Notes under the pieces: generated by a model
Databases searched by the model: none
Told to the model about the DNA's origin: nothing
Seen by the model: only the letters and a program-made list of their open reading frames with translations
Source: a virus
Lineage: Duplodnaviria > Caudoviricetes
IMG/VR virus record: IMGVR_UViG_3300011443_000004
Coordinates: 1-51,364 of that record
DNA: 51,364 nucleotides
Strand: one strand, 5' to 3'
Part shown: piece by piece, positions 19,456 through 28,997 of the stretch
Layout of the letters: every line of letters begins with the position of its first letter
Numbering within the stretch: the first letter of the stretch is position 1
Made by a program: the position numbers and the translations under genes

Positions 19456-20958
19456 ATGGCTGAGAAAAAGGTATGGACGAATGCGGACCTGAAGACCTCA
19501 GGGCCGACGACTACGTATGGTCCGTGGAAGTCTGTGCCTAAGCCAAAGGCCGCGCCGATGAGCGCAGCGGACTTGCGCAACAGCACCTTGCTTGACCAGA
19601 TGTTGGCAGAGCAGGAGGCCGGCACCTACATCGACCCAGTAGAGCAGGCGAAGGCGACTACGGCGCGACTGGACCGGGCAGAGCACTTGCGCAAGGCTCC
19701 GGAACAGATTGCGAACCTGGCGGCGACCTCGGGTCAGGAGCTACAGACGGAGCGGGACCTGCGGCGCGCGGGCACCGAGTCTGGTGTGCTCATCGACGCG
19801 GCGAAGCAGGGCCTGTATGGCGCGGCGATTCCGCTGTCCATGACGGGCGGGGGTGCAGGCATCGCTGCAGGCGGCTATCTCGCGCTCAACGCACTGAACG
19901 ACTTCGTGGATAACCCCGGATGGGGCACCGGAGCGGGCGCAGTGCTCGACATGATTCCGATGGGGTTGGGCAAGGCAGCGAAGGCTGTTACGCGGCTTGC
20001 GCGCGGCTCGAAGGCGGCGGAAGTCGCGCCGGGGCTCGCACGTAGCCGCTACATGCAAGGGATGGCAGAGCGCACCAAGCCGAGTGCAGGCGGATACGTC
20101 GCTGGACAGGGCAACGGCACGATGCCGATTCGTCCGCCAGTGGCACCGACGCCGGCTGCTGCGGCACCACAGGCACAGAGCACCGGAACCTCGTGGGACT
20201 TTCCATCAGGGGCTCCACAGGCGAATGTTCGACCATCGCCCGTCGCACCGACGCCGGCACCGCGACCGCAGAACACGGGAACGATGTGGGGGCACGCGGC
20301 TCCTGCAGCACAAGGAGTAGACGATGTCGTCGCACGCGCTGCAACACCTGCGGGTCCAGTGCCTAGTCCAGCTAGTGAATTTGACGCTGCTATGGAACAG
20401 GCACTCAAAGGGGACGGTCCCTCTATTGAAGTTGTTGAAGAAGGCGGCGGGTATCTGAACAACGCGAGCGGTGATTCAGCAGCGAGCATTGAAGCGCTGC
20501 AGCGGGCATCGGGCATGGCGAGCCGTGGCGAGAAGTTCGGATACTTCGACCGCAGCGGCCAGTTCAAGGAGCTTATCGGACCAGAGGCTGTAGACTTCGT
20601 CCCACGTCAGGGCCAGACCTACGGCAAGATGACGCCGAATGGGTTCGAGACGCTCTCCGACATGGGCGGGCGAGTTACGCAACCTGCGCCGGCTGTTACG
20701 CAAGCTGCGGTGGGTCCAACGGGACGCGCGGTAACGGACATTCACCCGGCGCAGACTGACGCGGGCGCGTTCGGCTTCGAGGACCTCGGGTCCATCAGCG
20801 AAGGCGAGCTAACGCGGATGCAGCAAGGGCAGTGGCCGACTGCAAGCCGCGAAGTGCCTAGCGTAGGCAGCTTCGAGGACTACTGGAAGGCGAGAGGCCG
20901 TAAGAAGCCGTTCGACCATCCGAAGGCACCGGAGAAGAAGGCAAAGAAAAAGGGGTAA
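19456..20958 (+). CDS. Putative ejection protein
   Basis: A/G/P-rich, with a hydrophobic Gly-rich segment. Confidence 0.55.
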   Translation: MAEKKVWTNADLKTSGPTTTYGPWKSVPKPKAAPMSAADLRNSTLLDQMLAEQEAGTYIDPVEQAKATTARLDRAEHLRKAPEQIANLAATSGQELQTERDLRRAGTESGVLIDAAKQGLYGAAIPLSMTGGGAGIAAGGYLALNALNDFVDNPGWGTGAGAVLDMIPMGLGKAAKAVTRLARGSKAAEVAPGLARSRYMQGMAERTKPSAGGYVAGQGNGTMPIRPPVAPTPAAAAPQAQSTGTSWDFPSGAPQANVRPSPVAPTPAPRPQNTGTMWGHAAPAAQGVDDVVARAATPAGPVPSPASEFDAAMEQALKGDGPSIEVVEEGGGYLNNASGDSAASIEALQRASGMASRGEKFGYFDRSGQFKELIGPEAVDFVPRQGQTYGKMTPNGFETLSDMGGRVTQPAPAVTQAAVGPTGRAVTDIHPAQTDAGAFGFEDLGSISEGELTRMQQGQWPTASREVPSVGSFEDYWKARGRKKPFDHPKAPEKKAKKKG

Positions 20959-20961
20959 GCG

Positions 20962-21951
20962 ATGGCAAACAGATTCCTCAGCACGCCGACTACTGCACCA
21001 GAGCAGGGACAGGCTGTGTCGAGTAACCGCTTCCTCACGGGCTCGCGGAGCACCACGCCGACGCCGGCTCCACAGAATGACGAGTGGAAGGCTGCGGGAG
21101 CGCTCGCGGCTGGTGCGGCTGGCCTCACTGGCTTGGGTATGCTTGGCAGCAAGCTCCCGGGCAAGGCCGGCAAAGCCTTCGAGGTTCTCAACGCGATACG
21201 AATGCAGATGATGCTGTCTGGCAAGGCGCTGCCGAAGTCGCTGCTGGGCAACGTCGGTGCGGTCGTCAACCGCTCGCTGGAGACTGGGTCTACGCGGCCG
21301 TTGCGAGAATTCGCATCGCCGCAAACATGGCGTGACGCTAAGGCGGCGTATAGTTCGCAGAGCGGCGTTCGCGCCAACCCGGCAGGGCACACGGGGGTCA
21401 CACTCCCTGGCCCTACGCCGGGGCGTTTCATGGGTGCGATGGATGAGGCTACGCAGGGAGCACTGAAGAGGTCGGGGGCCACTGCGGAGGAAGCGGCGAA
21501 CGAAACGCTGCAGACTCCACTGGGCGTCAACTTCGGGCCGATGGGCGAAGCGCTCGAAGGACCAGTCGCACAATACCTGGTGCCTTTCCGACGCACGCCG
21601 TTCAATCAGGCTATCGAGGGCGCGAAGGCTATCACCAAGGGCATGAGCGGGACGGACAAGGGGGCGAGACGCGCGCTCTCTACGCACGCTGCGGTTGGCA
21701 GCATACACGGGGCGGCGACATCGGACGACAGTATGCCGGCGAGCATTCCACTCGCGGCAGCTATGGCGGGGCGATATGCGGTGCCGTATGGGCTGGCGGC
21801 GCTTATCTCTCGTGTTCACGCGGCGGGCGGTAAAGGTGGGGGCGGTATTGCTAGCGGTATGCTACCTGTCTCTGAGTATGGCATCGAGTCGGCAATCACG
21901 GACCCTGTTCGTCCGTTCTACGACCCGGCGTTGTTTCGATTCTTCAAGTAA
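20962..21951 (+). CDS. Putative ejection protein
   Basis: LVPFRRTPFN motif typical of large internal-virion proteins; A/G-rich. Confidence 0.55.
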   Translation: MANRFLSTPTTAPEQGQAVSSNRFLTGSRSTTPTPAPQNDEWKAAGALAAGAAGLTGLGMLGSKLPGKAGKAFEVLNAIRMQMMLSGKALPKSLLGNVGAVVNRSLETGSTRPLREFASPQTWRDAKAAYSSQSGVRANPAGHTGVTLPGPTPGRFMGAMDEATQGALKRSGATAEEAANETLQTPLGVNFGPMGEALEGPVAQYLVPFRRTPFNQAIEGAKAITKGMSGTDKGARRALSTHAAVGSIHGAATSDDSMPASIPLAAAMAGRYAVPYGLAALISRVHAAGGKGGGGIASGMLPVSEYGIESAITDPVRPFYDPALFRFFK

Positions 21952-21963
21952 GGCCATCGTGAC

Positions 21964-22203
21964 ATGCAAGAACCACAGTATCTCACTACACGGGAGTTTG
22001 ACAGTTGGCGAGTTGAGCACGATAGAAAGGTAGATGCCATCCTAGCGGCGTCGGAGCTTCGACAGGAGCGCGACATCAAGACTGAAGGACGCATCACCAC
22101 GTTAGAGACTCACAGGGAACACGCCATCATCGGGCTCGGTATCTTCTCGTCGGTCATCAGCGCCATCGTCGGCGGTCTGGTGGCTATGGTTTCGTCACGC
22201 TAA
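21964..22203 (+). CDS. Holin-like membrane protein
   Basis: Coiled coil plus one C-terminal transmembrane segment, immediately before the endolysin. Confidence 0.55.
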   Translation: MQEPQYLTTREFDSWRVEHDRKVDAILAASELRQERDIKTEGRITTLETHREHAIIGLGIFSSVISAIVGGLVAMVSSR

Positions 22204-22212
22204 GAGGCAGTC

Positions 22213-22761
22213 ATGGCACTCAGGACTCGATACACGGCACTCATCAAGCAGGTAGCGGAGAAGCATGGTCTGCACCCAGACCTTGTCGAGGGGATTGTGT
22301 TGCAGGAGTCGGCAGGGAACACGGATGCGTTCCGGTTCGAGCCCGACTTCTGGAACCGCTACCTGAAGACGAACCCGAAGTATCGGCACCTGAACCCGCG
22401 AAGGGTCAGTAGCAGCTACGGCCTCATGCAGGTGATGTATTGTCGCTTGCTCGAAGACAAGATAGCGGCGAATGACGCCTGGGAGCCGGAACTGCTGTTC
22501 ATACCGGAGAACGGTCTGGACATCGGTTGCGCCTTCTTCAAGGAGCTACTGACGTGGGCGGAAGGGTTGACCCTGCCGGCCGACAAGCCTATCACATTCA
22601 TCGAAGTTGCGCTCGCAGCGTATAATGGTGGACGTGGCGGTAACGACCCCTCGAAGAACTGGCCGCTGCGGAACGGCAAGTATGCGCGAGAGGTTCTGGC
22701 GAAGGTAGCGGCGTTGCAGAAAGAAGGCGCGCATGTGCAAGACGGACAGGTGGGTCAGTAA
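22213..22761 (+). CDS. Endolysin, SLT lytic transglycosylase
   Basis: LQES, SYGLMQV and ALAAYNGG motifs. Confidence 0.9.
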   Translation: MALRTRYTALIKQVAEKHGLHPDLVEGIVLQESAGNTDAFRFEPDFWNRYLKTNPKYRHLNPRRVSSSYGLMQVMYCRLLEDKIAANDAWEPELLFIPENGLDIGCAFFKELLTWAEGLTLPADKPITFIEVALAAYNGGRGGNDPSKNWPLRNGKYAREVLAKVAALQKEGAHVQDGQVGQ

Positions 22762-23059
22762 CGTCCCACCCGCTGACGACATCTACTGGTTCCAGGTTAG
22801 GCTCGTGGCCGACCTTCTACAATCGGACGGCTGCACGGGGGTAGCCGAGATATACCAGGATTCGTGCCTCGAACACGACATCCACTGGCGGACAGGGGCT
22901 ACCATCTTCGGTGTCCCCCTGACGACAGCACAGGCGAACCGGAGATTCCGCCTGGTCATCCAATCTCGCTCACGGCTCGGGAGGTTCTCTCCCCTGTCGT
23001 GGTGGCGATACGCGGGCGTCACCTTTGGCGCTCTCTTTATCTCGCACAAGACGAAGTAG
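22733..23059 (+). CDS. Phospholipase A2-like / DUF1353-like protein
   Basis: SDGCTG...CLEHD...ANRRF...YAGV pattern. Confidence 0.55.
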   Translation: MCKTDRWVSNVPPADDIYWFQVRLVADLLQSDGCTGVAEIYQDSCLEHDIHWRTGATIFGVPLTTAQANRRFRLVIQSRSRLGRFSPLSWWRYAGVTFGALFISHKTK

Positions 23060-23060
23060 T

Positions 23061-23076
23061 TGGCATGGGGTTTGCA
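23061..23076 (+). promoter_or_regulatory. sigma54-type promoter of the nucleotide-metabolism operon
   Basis: TGGCATGGGGTTTGCA, intergenic, sense to the downstream genes. Confidence 0.7.
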
Positions 23077-23135
23077 TCAGTAGATGTAGACCCCTTTGCT
23101 ATGTATGGAGGTCCATGACCAATAAAGGAGACACT

Positions 23136-24248
23136 ATGCCTCATTTCTGCCTCACTCCGTCCTGCGGTAACGTCGCTCGTCGGCGCGGGCTCTGCACCAA
23201 GTGCGGGCGCGGCGCAATTTCCGTGCCAGTTCCTACGCCGGCTGCGGCCCTGGCCTTCGACCGGGAGAAGCAGAAGCTGCAGGCGGAACAGGCCAATCTC
23301 AAGCTGCGCTACGCTGCTGCGCTCAAGACCATTGACGAGCAGGAGCGCGAGCTTGATGCCCTTGGGGTGCTCGGCCACTCGGTGGAAACATACTCCATCG
23401 AGCCCGTGTCTACGTCCAAGGGGACCGGGGAAGCGACAGCGGTGCTTCTTGCCGGCGACTGGCACTACGAGGAAGAGGTCAAGCCGTCGCAGGTGAATGG
23501 ACTGAACAAGTATACGCTCGACATCGCTAAGGAGCGGACCACGACGTTCTTCCAGGCATCGCTGCGCCTTATCCGGTTGCTGCAGCAGGATGTGCGTATT
23601 GACCGCTGCATCATGGCGCTGCTGGGCGACTTCATCACGAACCAGATTCACGGCGCGGAGAACGCCGAGAAGAACCAGCTTGAGCCGACGTATGCCATCG
23701 TCGCGGCGCGGAACGCGATTATCAGCGGGATTGACTTCTTCTTGGAGCACTCCAAGCTGGAGTTCATCATTCCGTGTGCGTCAGGCAATCACGCGCGGAC
23801 CACGCACACGACGCGGTTCGGCAGCGAGAATGGGCACAGCCTGGAATTCCTCATGTATGAGCACCTGGCCGCGCACTATCGGAACGAGCCGCGCGTGACG
23901 TTCATCATTCCGGAGGGGATGCACAGCTATGTCAGAGTCTACGACACGACCATTCGCTTCCACCACGGGCACGCGGTGAAGTATGGCGGCGGCGTGGGCG
24001 GTATCTACATTCCGGTGAACAAGGCGATAGCACAATGGAACAAGGGGAAGAGGGCGGACCTCGACTGCTTCGGACACTTCCATCAGTTGCGGGATGGGGG
24101 GAACTTCATCTGCAACGGGTCCGTCATCGGCTACAACACGTTTGCCCTGAGTATCAAGGCAGACTACGAACCACCGAAGCAGACGCTGTTTCTCATCGAC
24201 AAGAAGCGGGGCAGGACTTGCACCTGGCCCATCCTGTTCAAGCGATAG
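23136..24248 (+). CDS. Calcineurin-like metallophosphoesterase with an N-terminal Zn finger
   Basis: GDWH, LGD, SGNH, HHGH and GHFH motifs; alternative start at 23115. Confidence 0.88.
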   Translation: MPHFCLTPSCGNVARRRGLCTKCGRGAISVPVPTPAAALAFDREKQKLQAEQANLKLRYAAALKTIDEQERELDALGVLGHSVETYSIEPVSTSKGTGEATAVLLAGDWHYEEEVKPSQVNGLNKYTLDIAKERTTTFFQASLRLIRLLQQDVRIDRCIMALLGDFITNQIHGAENAEKNQLEPTYAIVAARNAIISGIDFFLEHSKLEFIIPCASGNHARTTHTTRFGSENGHSLEFLMYEHLAAHYRNEPRVTFIIPEGMHSYVRVYDTTIRFHHGHAVKYGGGVGGIYIPVNKAIAQWNKGKRADLDCFGHFHQLRDGGNFICNGSVIGYNTFALSIKADYEPPKQTLFLIDKKRGRTCTWPILFKR

Positions 24249-24266
24249 CAGAGAAGGAGTCGTAAC

Positions 24267-24455
24267 ATGGAAGACCAAGCACCGGACAACATCGCGTTCT
24301 ACTACGAAGACCCCCGCGAGCCCGTGGAGATTATCTCTGCGTGCCCGGGGGATGTCACGTTCCCTGAACTAGTCGAAGTGTTCAGGGCGTTCGCGCGGCG
24401 CGTAGGCTTCACCGACTACACCATCGAGCAGAGCCTGGGGAAGCCGCGTGCGTAA
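24267..24455 (+). CDS. Hypothetical protein
   Basis: AAGGAG RBS. Confidence 0.65.
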   Translation: MEDQAPDNIAFYYEDPREPVEIISACPGDVTFPELVEVFRAFARRVGFTDYTIEQSLGKPRA

Positions 24456-24705
24456 CTTCGCCATCGGGTTCATCGTGCAGTTTGCGAGCTACCTGAACCT
24501 GACGCTCAACTACCGGGCGATAGCGGAGAGTCAGAAGGGGTATGCGATGGTGACGGATGCGGCGGCTGTGCTGCTCGCCTACGTCATCATTCGCAAGGTC
24601 AGTAGGGACGAGCACTCGTATTGGACGCTCGCCGGCATGGTCGTAGGCGGGTCACTAGCTGCGTGGTTCGGTATCACGCTTACGGAGCATTGGAGAACGC
24701 CATGA
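24448..24705 (+). CDS. Small membrane protein
   Basis: Three hydrophobic segments. Confidence 0.65.
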   Translation: MRNFAIGFIVQFASYLNLTLNYRAIAESQKGYAMVTDAAAVLLAYVIIRKVSRDEHSYWTLAGMVVGGSLAAWFGITLTEHWRTP

Positions 24706-25106
24706 GTGAATTCGCAGTGAAGCAGCCGCTGGTGATGGAGCCCGTGATGCAGAAGTTCACCTGGGACTGCGGCATTGCGTGCCTTCAGATGCTGACCGGC
24801 CAGTCCTACGTGGACATCCGCAAGAAGATTCGCTACAAGATGCCCGTGGGGCTCAGTCTGCGGGAACTGCGGAGTGTGAGCAAGCGCTTAGGCTTTCCCC
24901 TCAGCTTCTCGAAGGAGGTAGACCACGATGATGTGGGGATTCTGTTCCTGGTGCATAGCCTGGACCCCACGGATGGACATGTAGTCGTCTTCGCCAAGGG
25001 GACCATATACAACCCGGCGCAGGGGCAGTGGTGGACGGACGTAGACAGCTACCTGGCGCAGACCGGGTATGAGAAGAGGGGCATACTACAACGGAGGGAC
25101 CAATGA
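24702..25106 (+). CDS. Peptidase C39-like cysteine protease
   Basis: Q-x4-DCGIACLQM, GHVVV, IYNPA. Confidence 0.78.
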   Translation: MSEFAVKQPLVMEPVMQKFTWDCGIACLQMLTGQSYVDIRKKIRYKMPVGLSLRELRSVSKRLGFPLSFSKEVDHDDVGILFLVHSLDPTDGHVVVFAKGTIYNPAQGQWWTDVDSYLAQTGYEKRGILQRRDQ

Positions 25107-25867
25107 GCGCACAACCGTGCGGGTGCGACCCGACGCACCACAACGGATACTACCGATGCAGTGAGCACGCGCGGCTGAAGGTCGAAGAAGACTTCATGCA
25201 GAGCCTGATAGACGCACAAGACAAATCGAACATGCTGGAGGGCATACGAACTATGGCACAAGACAACGCGGGGCTGAATCGGGACCTTATCAAGGATGGG
25301 CGCGGCGCACTGACCGGCATTGGCGGCGCACCGACGCGCGCAACCACGCTGCCTGACGCGCCGGCAGAGCGGAAGAAGTATCCGGTAGCGAGCGGTGTGC
25401 TCGACTACTTTCCGGATGCGCTGGTCGCCCTCTCGAACGTGTCGTGGCGCGGCAACGAGCAGCACAACCCGGGACAGCCCCTGCATTGGGCGCGCGGGAA
25501 GTCTAGCGACGAGTCGGACACGATGATTCGCCACTTCCTGCAGAGGGGCTCGCTCGATAGCGACGGTATCCGCCATAGCGCGAAGATGGTGTGGAGGGCG
25601 CTGGCGATACTGCAGAAGGAGATAGAAGCGGAGAAGGCGCAGGCACCGACTGTGCGCGAGCACTTCGAGAACTACGCGCAGGGGCAGGCACAGCGACACG
25701 TCAAGACCCCGCCCGTGCCCGACTACAAGGCTCTCTACAAGGACCCGAACCCGACTGGGCGGGACAACGGGCCGCGAGAGTCAGAGCCTCAGTATCGCGC
25801 TCGCATGGGCTACGACAAGCCACAGCAGGAGCGTGGGCTCACTCCAGACGATAGGTATCAGTCATGA
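25103..25867 (+). CDS. dATP/dGTP diphosphohydrolase-domain protein (DUF5664-like)
   Basis: DYFPDAL..GNEQHN..W..RH..DSDGIRHSAK..WRAL. Confidence 0.75.
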   Translation: MSAQPCGCDPTHHNGYYRCSEHARLKVEEDFMQSLIDAQDKSNMLEGIRTMAQDNAGLNRDLIKDGRGALTGIGGAPTRATTLPDAPAERKKYPVASGVLDYFPDALVALSNVSWRGNEQHNPGQPLHWARGKSSDESDTMIRHFLQRGSLDSDGIRHSAKMVWRALAILQKEIEAEKAQAPTVREHFENYAQGQAQRHVKTPPVPDYKALYKDPNPTGRDNGPRESEPQYRARMGYDKPQQERGLTPDDRYQS

Positions 25868-26493
25868 AGATAGGATTCGATATCGACGGAGTGCTGGCGA
25901 ATTGGGAACAGAAGGCGGGGCCGCTGCTCGTGAAGACCTCGGGGCGTAACCTACTGCCGGCCGACTTCCTCACGAAGCGGCCTCCCGTGTGGGACTGGCT
26001 GCGCTTCTACGGGTATACCCCGGAGGAACTTGCGGCCTTCTGGCAGGCCCTGCAGACGGACACCACGTTCTGGCTGAACCTGCCGCCGATGGAGGGTGCA
26101 GGCACGCTCAAGATGCTGTGGCCGGCACTGAAGCGGGCGCACGATGTCTACTTCATCACGAACCGCTCGGGCGCGTTTGTGAAGCGGCAGACGGAGCTAT
26201 GGCTACTGGAGCACATCAGCGATGAACTGCGTATCAAGCGGGGGCCAGACGGTGGCTTCCCGTCGCATCATCCTACGGTGCTGATTAGTGGCGACAAGGG
26301 CGGGTGTGCGAAGGCGCTCGCGCTCGACTGCTACGTGGATGACAACGTGGAGAACGTCAACGCGGTTGCACCCTACGCGCGGACCTATCTGCTCGATGCG
26401 CCCTACAACAAGGAAGGCGTAGACCTCGGCGTGCTGCGGATTCACACGCTGGGCCAGATGTTCGACGTGGAGGTTGCAGCCGGCAGGCTGTAG
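25864..26493 (+). CDS. HAD-family 5'(3')-deoxyribonucleotidase-like
   Basis: FDIDGVLAN, ITNR, K, YVDD, PYN. Confidence 0.88.
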   Translation: MKIGFDIDGVLANWEQKAGPLLVKTSGRNLLPADFLTKRPPVWDWLRFYGYTPEELAAFWQALQTDTTFWLNLPPMEGAGTLKMLWPALKRAHDVYFITNRSGAFVKRQTELWLLEHISDELRIKRGPDGGFPSHHPTVLISGDKGGCAKALALDCYVDDNVENVNAVAPYARTYLLDAPYNKEGVDLGVLRIHTLGQMFDVEVAAGRL

Positions 26494-26502
26494 GCGTAGA
26501 AT
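26474..26502 (+). promoter_or_regulatory. sigma70-like promoter
   Basis: TTGCAG-N17-TAGAAT ahead of a structured leader. Confidence 0.55.
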
Positions 26503-26618
26503 AGAGGGGAAGCGCACTTCACTTGTGAGTGGAGGAAAGCCTATGAAACACTAACAGCAAGACCAGGGGGTATGCGAGTTCAGACTCGGCCCCCTGGCTC
26601 CCCTTCGGAGGTCTTAAC

Positions 26619-27056
26619 ATGGCCGTGATAACAACCCCCGCCCGTGGCATCCGCCAAGTCCTCTACACCCTCCTGCTTGTCGCCTTCCTGAAGTCCTGCA
26701 CTCCCTGGCTGAACGAGCCGGCAATGGATGTGGAGGCTGCTGAACCCCCCGCAATCTCCCTCCGCATCGACCCCAAGGTCCAGATGGTCAGCTACGGCGG
26801 GACAGGGACTGTCCGTGTAAGAATTACAGTGCCCAAGAACGCCCAGAATCGGGCTGTGTGCGTAGAGGTCGATGGACCGACGTATCGCTCGTCATGCTTC
26901 GAGCACGTTGGCCTGGGGGCACCCAGTCAAGCCGAATGGCTGGTTAAAGGGCTCGATGCGGGTGAGTATGTGGCGGCGGCTCGGTTGGAGCGCTCAGGAG
27001 GGGCTGTGGAGCTTGCCCGGGACAGCTTTGTGGTGTCTGGGGTGTCAGAATTCTGA
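26619..27056 (+). CDS. Membrane-anchored/secreted Ig-like protein
   Basis: N-terminal hydrophobic stretch with Cys; beta-rich; LDAGEY motif. Confidence 0.65.
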   Translation: MAVITTPARGIRQVLYTLLLVAFLKSCTPWLNEPAMDVEAAEPPAISLRIDPKVQMVSYGGTGTVRVRITVPKNAQNRAVCVEVDGPTYRSSCFEHVGLGAPSQAEWLVKGLDAGEYVAAARLERSGGAVELARDSFVVSGVSEF

Positions 27057-27101
27057 CGCGGTAAACGTCGGCACCTGCGCGTAAGTGCCGACATCTACTG
27101 C

Positions 27102-27932
27102 TCAGTGACTCAGGGCGTAGAGGAAGATGTTCACGCCTAGTGCGTAGGACCGCCACGAATACTCCGAGAGGAATTCGGCATTCTCAGGCTTGTCTTCCTC
27201 CCACCCATCCGCGATGTCCGTGTTGTGGGTAGACAGGACCACCAGCCGGCCCTTCCGGTCGAACATGCCGCGCGCAGTAGCCTGAATACTATCGTCGCCG
27301 CGCTCGCTCGTGATGCGCGTGCCGTCGTCCTGCAGCACCCACCAGCCGATAGTCGGCATCTGCCAGATACCCGGGATGCGATACTGCTGATTGAAGACCG
27401 GGTGAGTGGCCCCTAGCGTCTCCATCGGCGCGTCCGGTAGCACCCTCCGTATCTCCCGCACCCACTGGTCCCACGCTTCGCTCCCCCAGAAGTCATCGAC
27501 CCACAGAAACCCGCCTTTGCTGAGATACGCACGCAAACCGCGCACTTCAGCATCCGACAGCAACATTGTGCCTACGTCTTCCATGAACAGGACCGGGCAC
27601 AGCGAGAGTAGCGGGCTGTCGAGCTTCACGACGACGTTGCGGCCCGTGCGGATGCTGGTGACTTCGCGTAGGCGCACCAGCAGGTTGATGTCCGCGCCGG
27701 GGTAGTCCGTCCACCAGTCAGAGCCGTTGTCCTCGAAGCGGTCTGCGGTGTAGTAGCCCCTACAGAAGGGCACGCGCCCGTTGTTGTCGTCGGGCGTGAC
27801 CCAGGTGATGGTCGAGTTGGTAGAGGGGCCGGTGTAGGTCTGCTGTGCGAACAGGCCGGTGGAAAGGAGCAGGAAGGCCCCCGTAAGAGCCCTCCTGCCT
27901 GGCCGTCTAGTGGCCGCTGGGGTTGGAGTCAT
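27102..27932 (-). CDS. DUF4159-family exported protein
   Basis: WWTDYPGAD..LRAYLSKGGFLWVDDFWG..HPVF..HNTDIADGWE..GVNIFLYALSH. Start chosen at a signal-like MTPTPAATRRPGRR; start uncertain. Confidence 0.8.
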   Translation of the reverse strand: MTPTPAATRRPGRRALTGAFLLLSTGLFAQQTYTGPSTNSTITWVTPDDNNGRVPFCRGYYTADRFEDNGSDWWTDYPGADINLLVRLREVTSIRTGRNVVVKLDSPLLSLCPVLFMEDVGTMLLSDAEVRGLRAYLSKGGFLWVDDFWGSEAWDQWVREIRRVLPDAPMETLGATHPVFNQQYRIPGIWQMPTIGWWVLQDDGTRITSERGDDSIQATARGMFDRKGRLVVLSTHNTDIADGWEEDKPENAEFLSEYSWRSYALGVNIFLYALSH

Positions 27933-28587
27933 CGTCCTTGTCGCAGTCGTTGCCGTGACCGTTGTTGCCGTCGTCCTCGTCCGTGCAGGGCTCGTCGCTG
28001 TCGTTGCCGCCGCCCGGGTTCGAGTCGTCGTCGCCATCGTCGTCATTCCCGTGGCCGTTATTGCCATCGTCGTCGTCACCGTCCGTAGGCGGGACGTAGA
28101 CTGGGCCTTCGCTGCCGCCTTCGTTCGGCTGGCCGTCCATGTAAATGATGAGCACGCTCGACCACTCGCCGGGGAGGCCGCACGTATTCACCACGCGAAC
28201 CCGCACGAAGTAGCGCCCGCCGTCTTCCGGGTCGCCCAGCGTGGCTTCCGCGATACCCTGCGCGAGCACATAGCCCACGAAGGTCTTCGGGAACCGCTGT
28301 TCGTCGCGCGTGTGGTAGACCTCCAACTGGTAGATGTTCACGTTCTGAACCGCTTCCCAGTAGACGCGAGCGCTACGCCCGACCGGCGAGAAGCTCGTGG
28401 TTATCCAGCGCACGGGTGCATCGCTGCACTGGATGCCGGCCTGGCGGATGCTCGAACGCCCACCCTGGTCCGCGTAGACCGCCGTGCTGCTCGGCGTCAG
28501 TGAAGGTCCGGTCGTGGGGCTGTCGCCACACGCCGCCGTGAAGATGACGATGCTCGCTACGATACTCGCAAGTAGTGACTTTCTCAT
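27907..28587 (-). CDS. Lipoprotein with FN3-like domain and acidic GNNGHGND repeats
   Basis: Lipobox TAAC after a hydrophobic signal; YFVRVRVVN..GEWS; two DGNNGHGND..DDDSNP repeats. Confidence 0.8.
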   Translation of the reverse strand: MRKSLLASIVASIVIFTAACGDSPTTGPSLTPSSTAVYADQGGRSSIRQAGIQCSDAPVRWITTSFSPVGRSARVYWEAVQNVNIYQLEVYHTRDEQRFPKTFVGYVLAQGIAEATLGDPEDGGRYFVRVRVVNTCGLPGEWSSVLIIYMDGQPNEGGSEGPVYVPPTDGDDDDGNNGHGNDDDGDDDSNPGGGNDSDEPCTDEDDGNNGHGNDCDKDDDSNPSGH

Positions 28588-28988
28588 TCGCTGTCCCCTC
28601 CCTTTTCCTTCTTGCCTGGTGGCGTGATGCGCACGTAGGCGGTGTTCGGTGTCGTCTCTGTGCAGGCGTCGAGGTCTTCTTGAGACAGCCCATGCGCCTT
28701 CATGAGTGCCATTGTGTCGAGCTTCGAGGTTTCCCCCGTGACCAGCTTGATTTTGAACCCGTCAAGCTCGGTGCCGTCTGCCAGCGCTTTCCCCTGCTTG
28801 TCCTTGATGAACAGGGCATCTACCTCGGCACTGATGCGCTTCTTGCGCTCCTTGGCTTCCTTCTCTATCTTCGACAGCTTGGCGTATTCCTCGCAGCGTT
28901 GACGCACCATCATGCGCGTGTTCGGCTTGAGTGCCACCGTCACCGCTACGGTTGTGGTCGCCTGCACCGTCTGTTTCAGTCGTGGCAT
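28584..28988 (-). CDS. Hypothetical basic coiled-coil phage protein
   Basis: GGGAGGG RBS; ATGA overlap with the lipoprotein gene. Confidence 0.7.
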   Translation of the reverse strand: MPRLKQTVQATTTVAVTVALKPNTRMMVRQRCEEYAKLSKIEKEAKERKKRISAEVDALFIKDKQGKALADGTELDGFKIKLVTGETSKLDTMALMKAHGLSQEDLDACTETTPNTAYVRITPPGKKEKGGDSE

Positions 28989-28997
28989 CTGCCCTCC

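Noticed and set aside
757-22000. Long minus-strand ORFs opposite structural genes (and + strand ORFs opposite replication genes)
   Set aside because: Antisense shadows typical of high-GC coding DNA.
27933-28079. Thr-rich N-terminal extension of the DUF4159 ORF
   Set aside because: Alternate-frame reading of the lipoprotein's Asp/Asn repeats.
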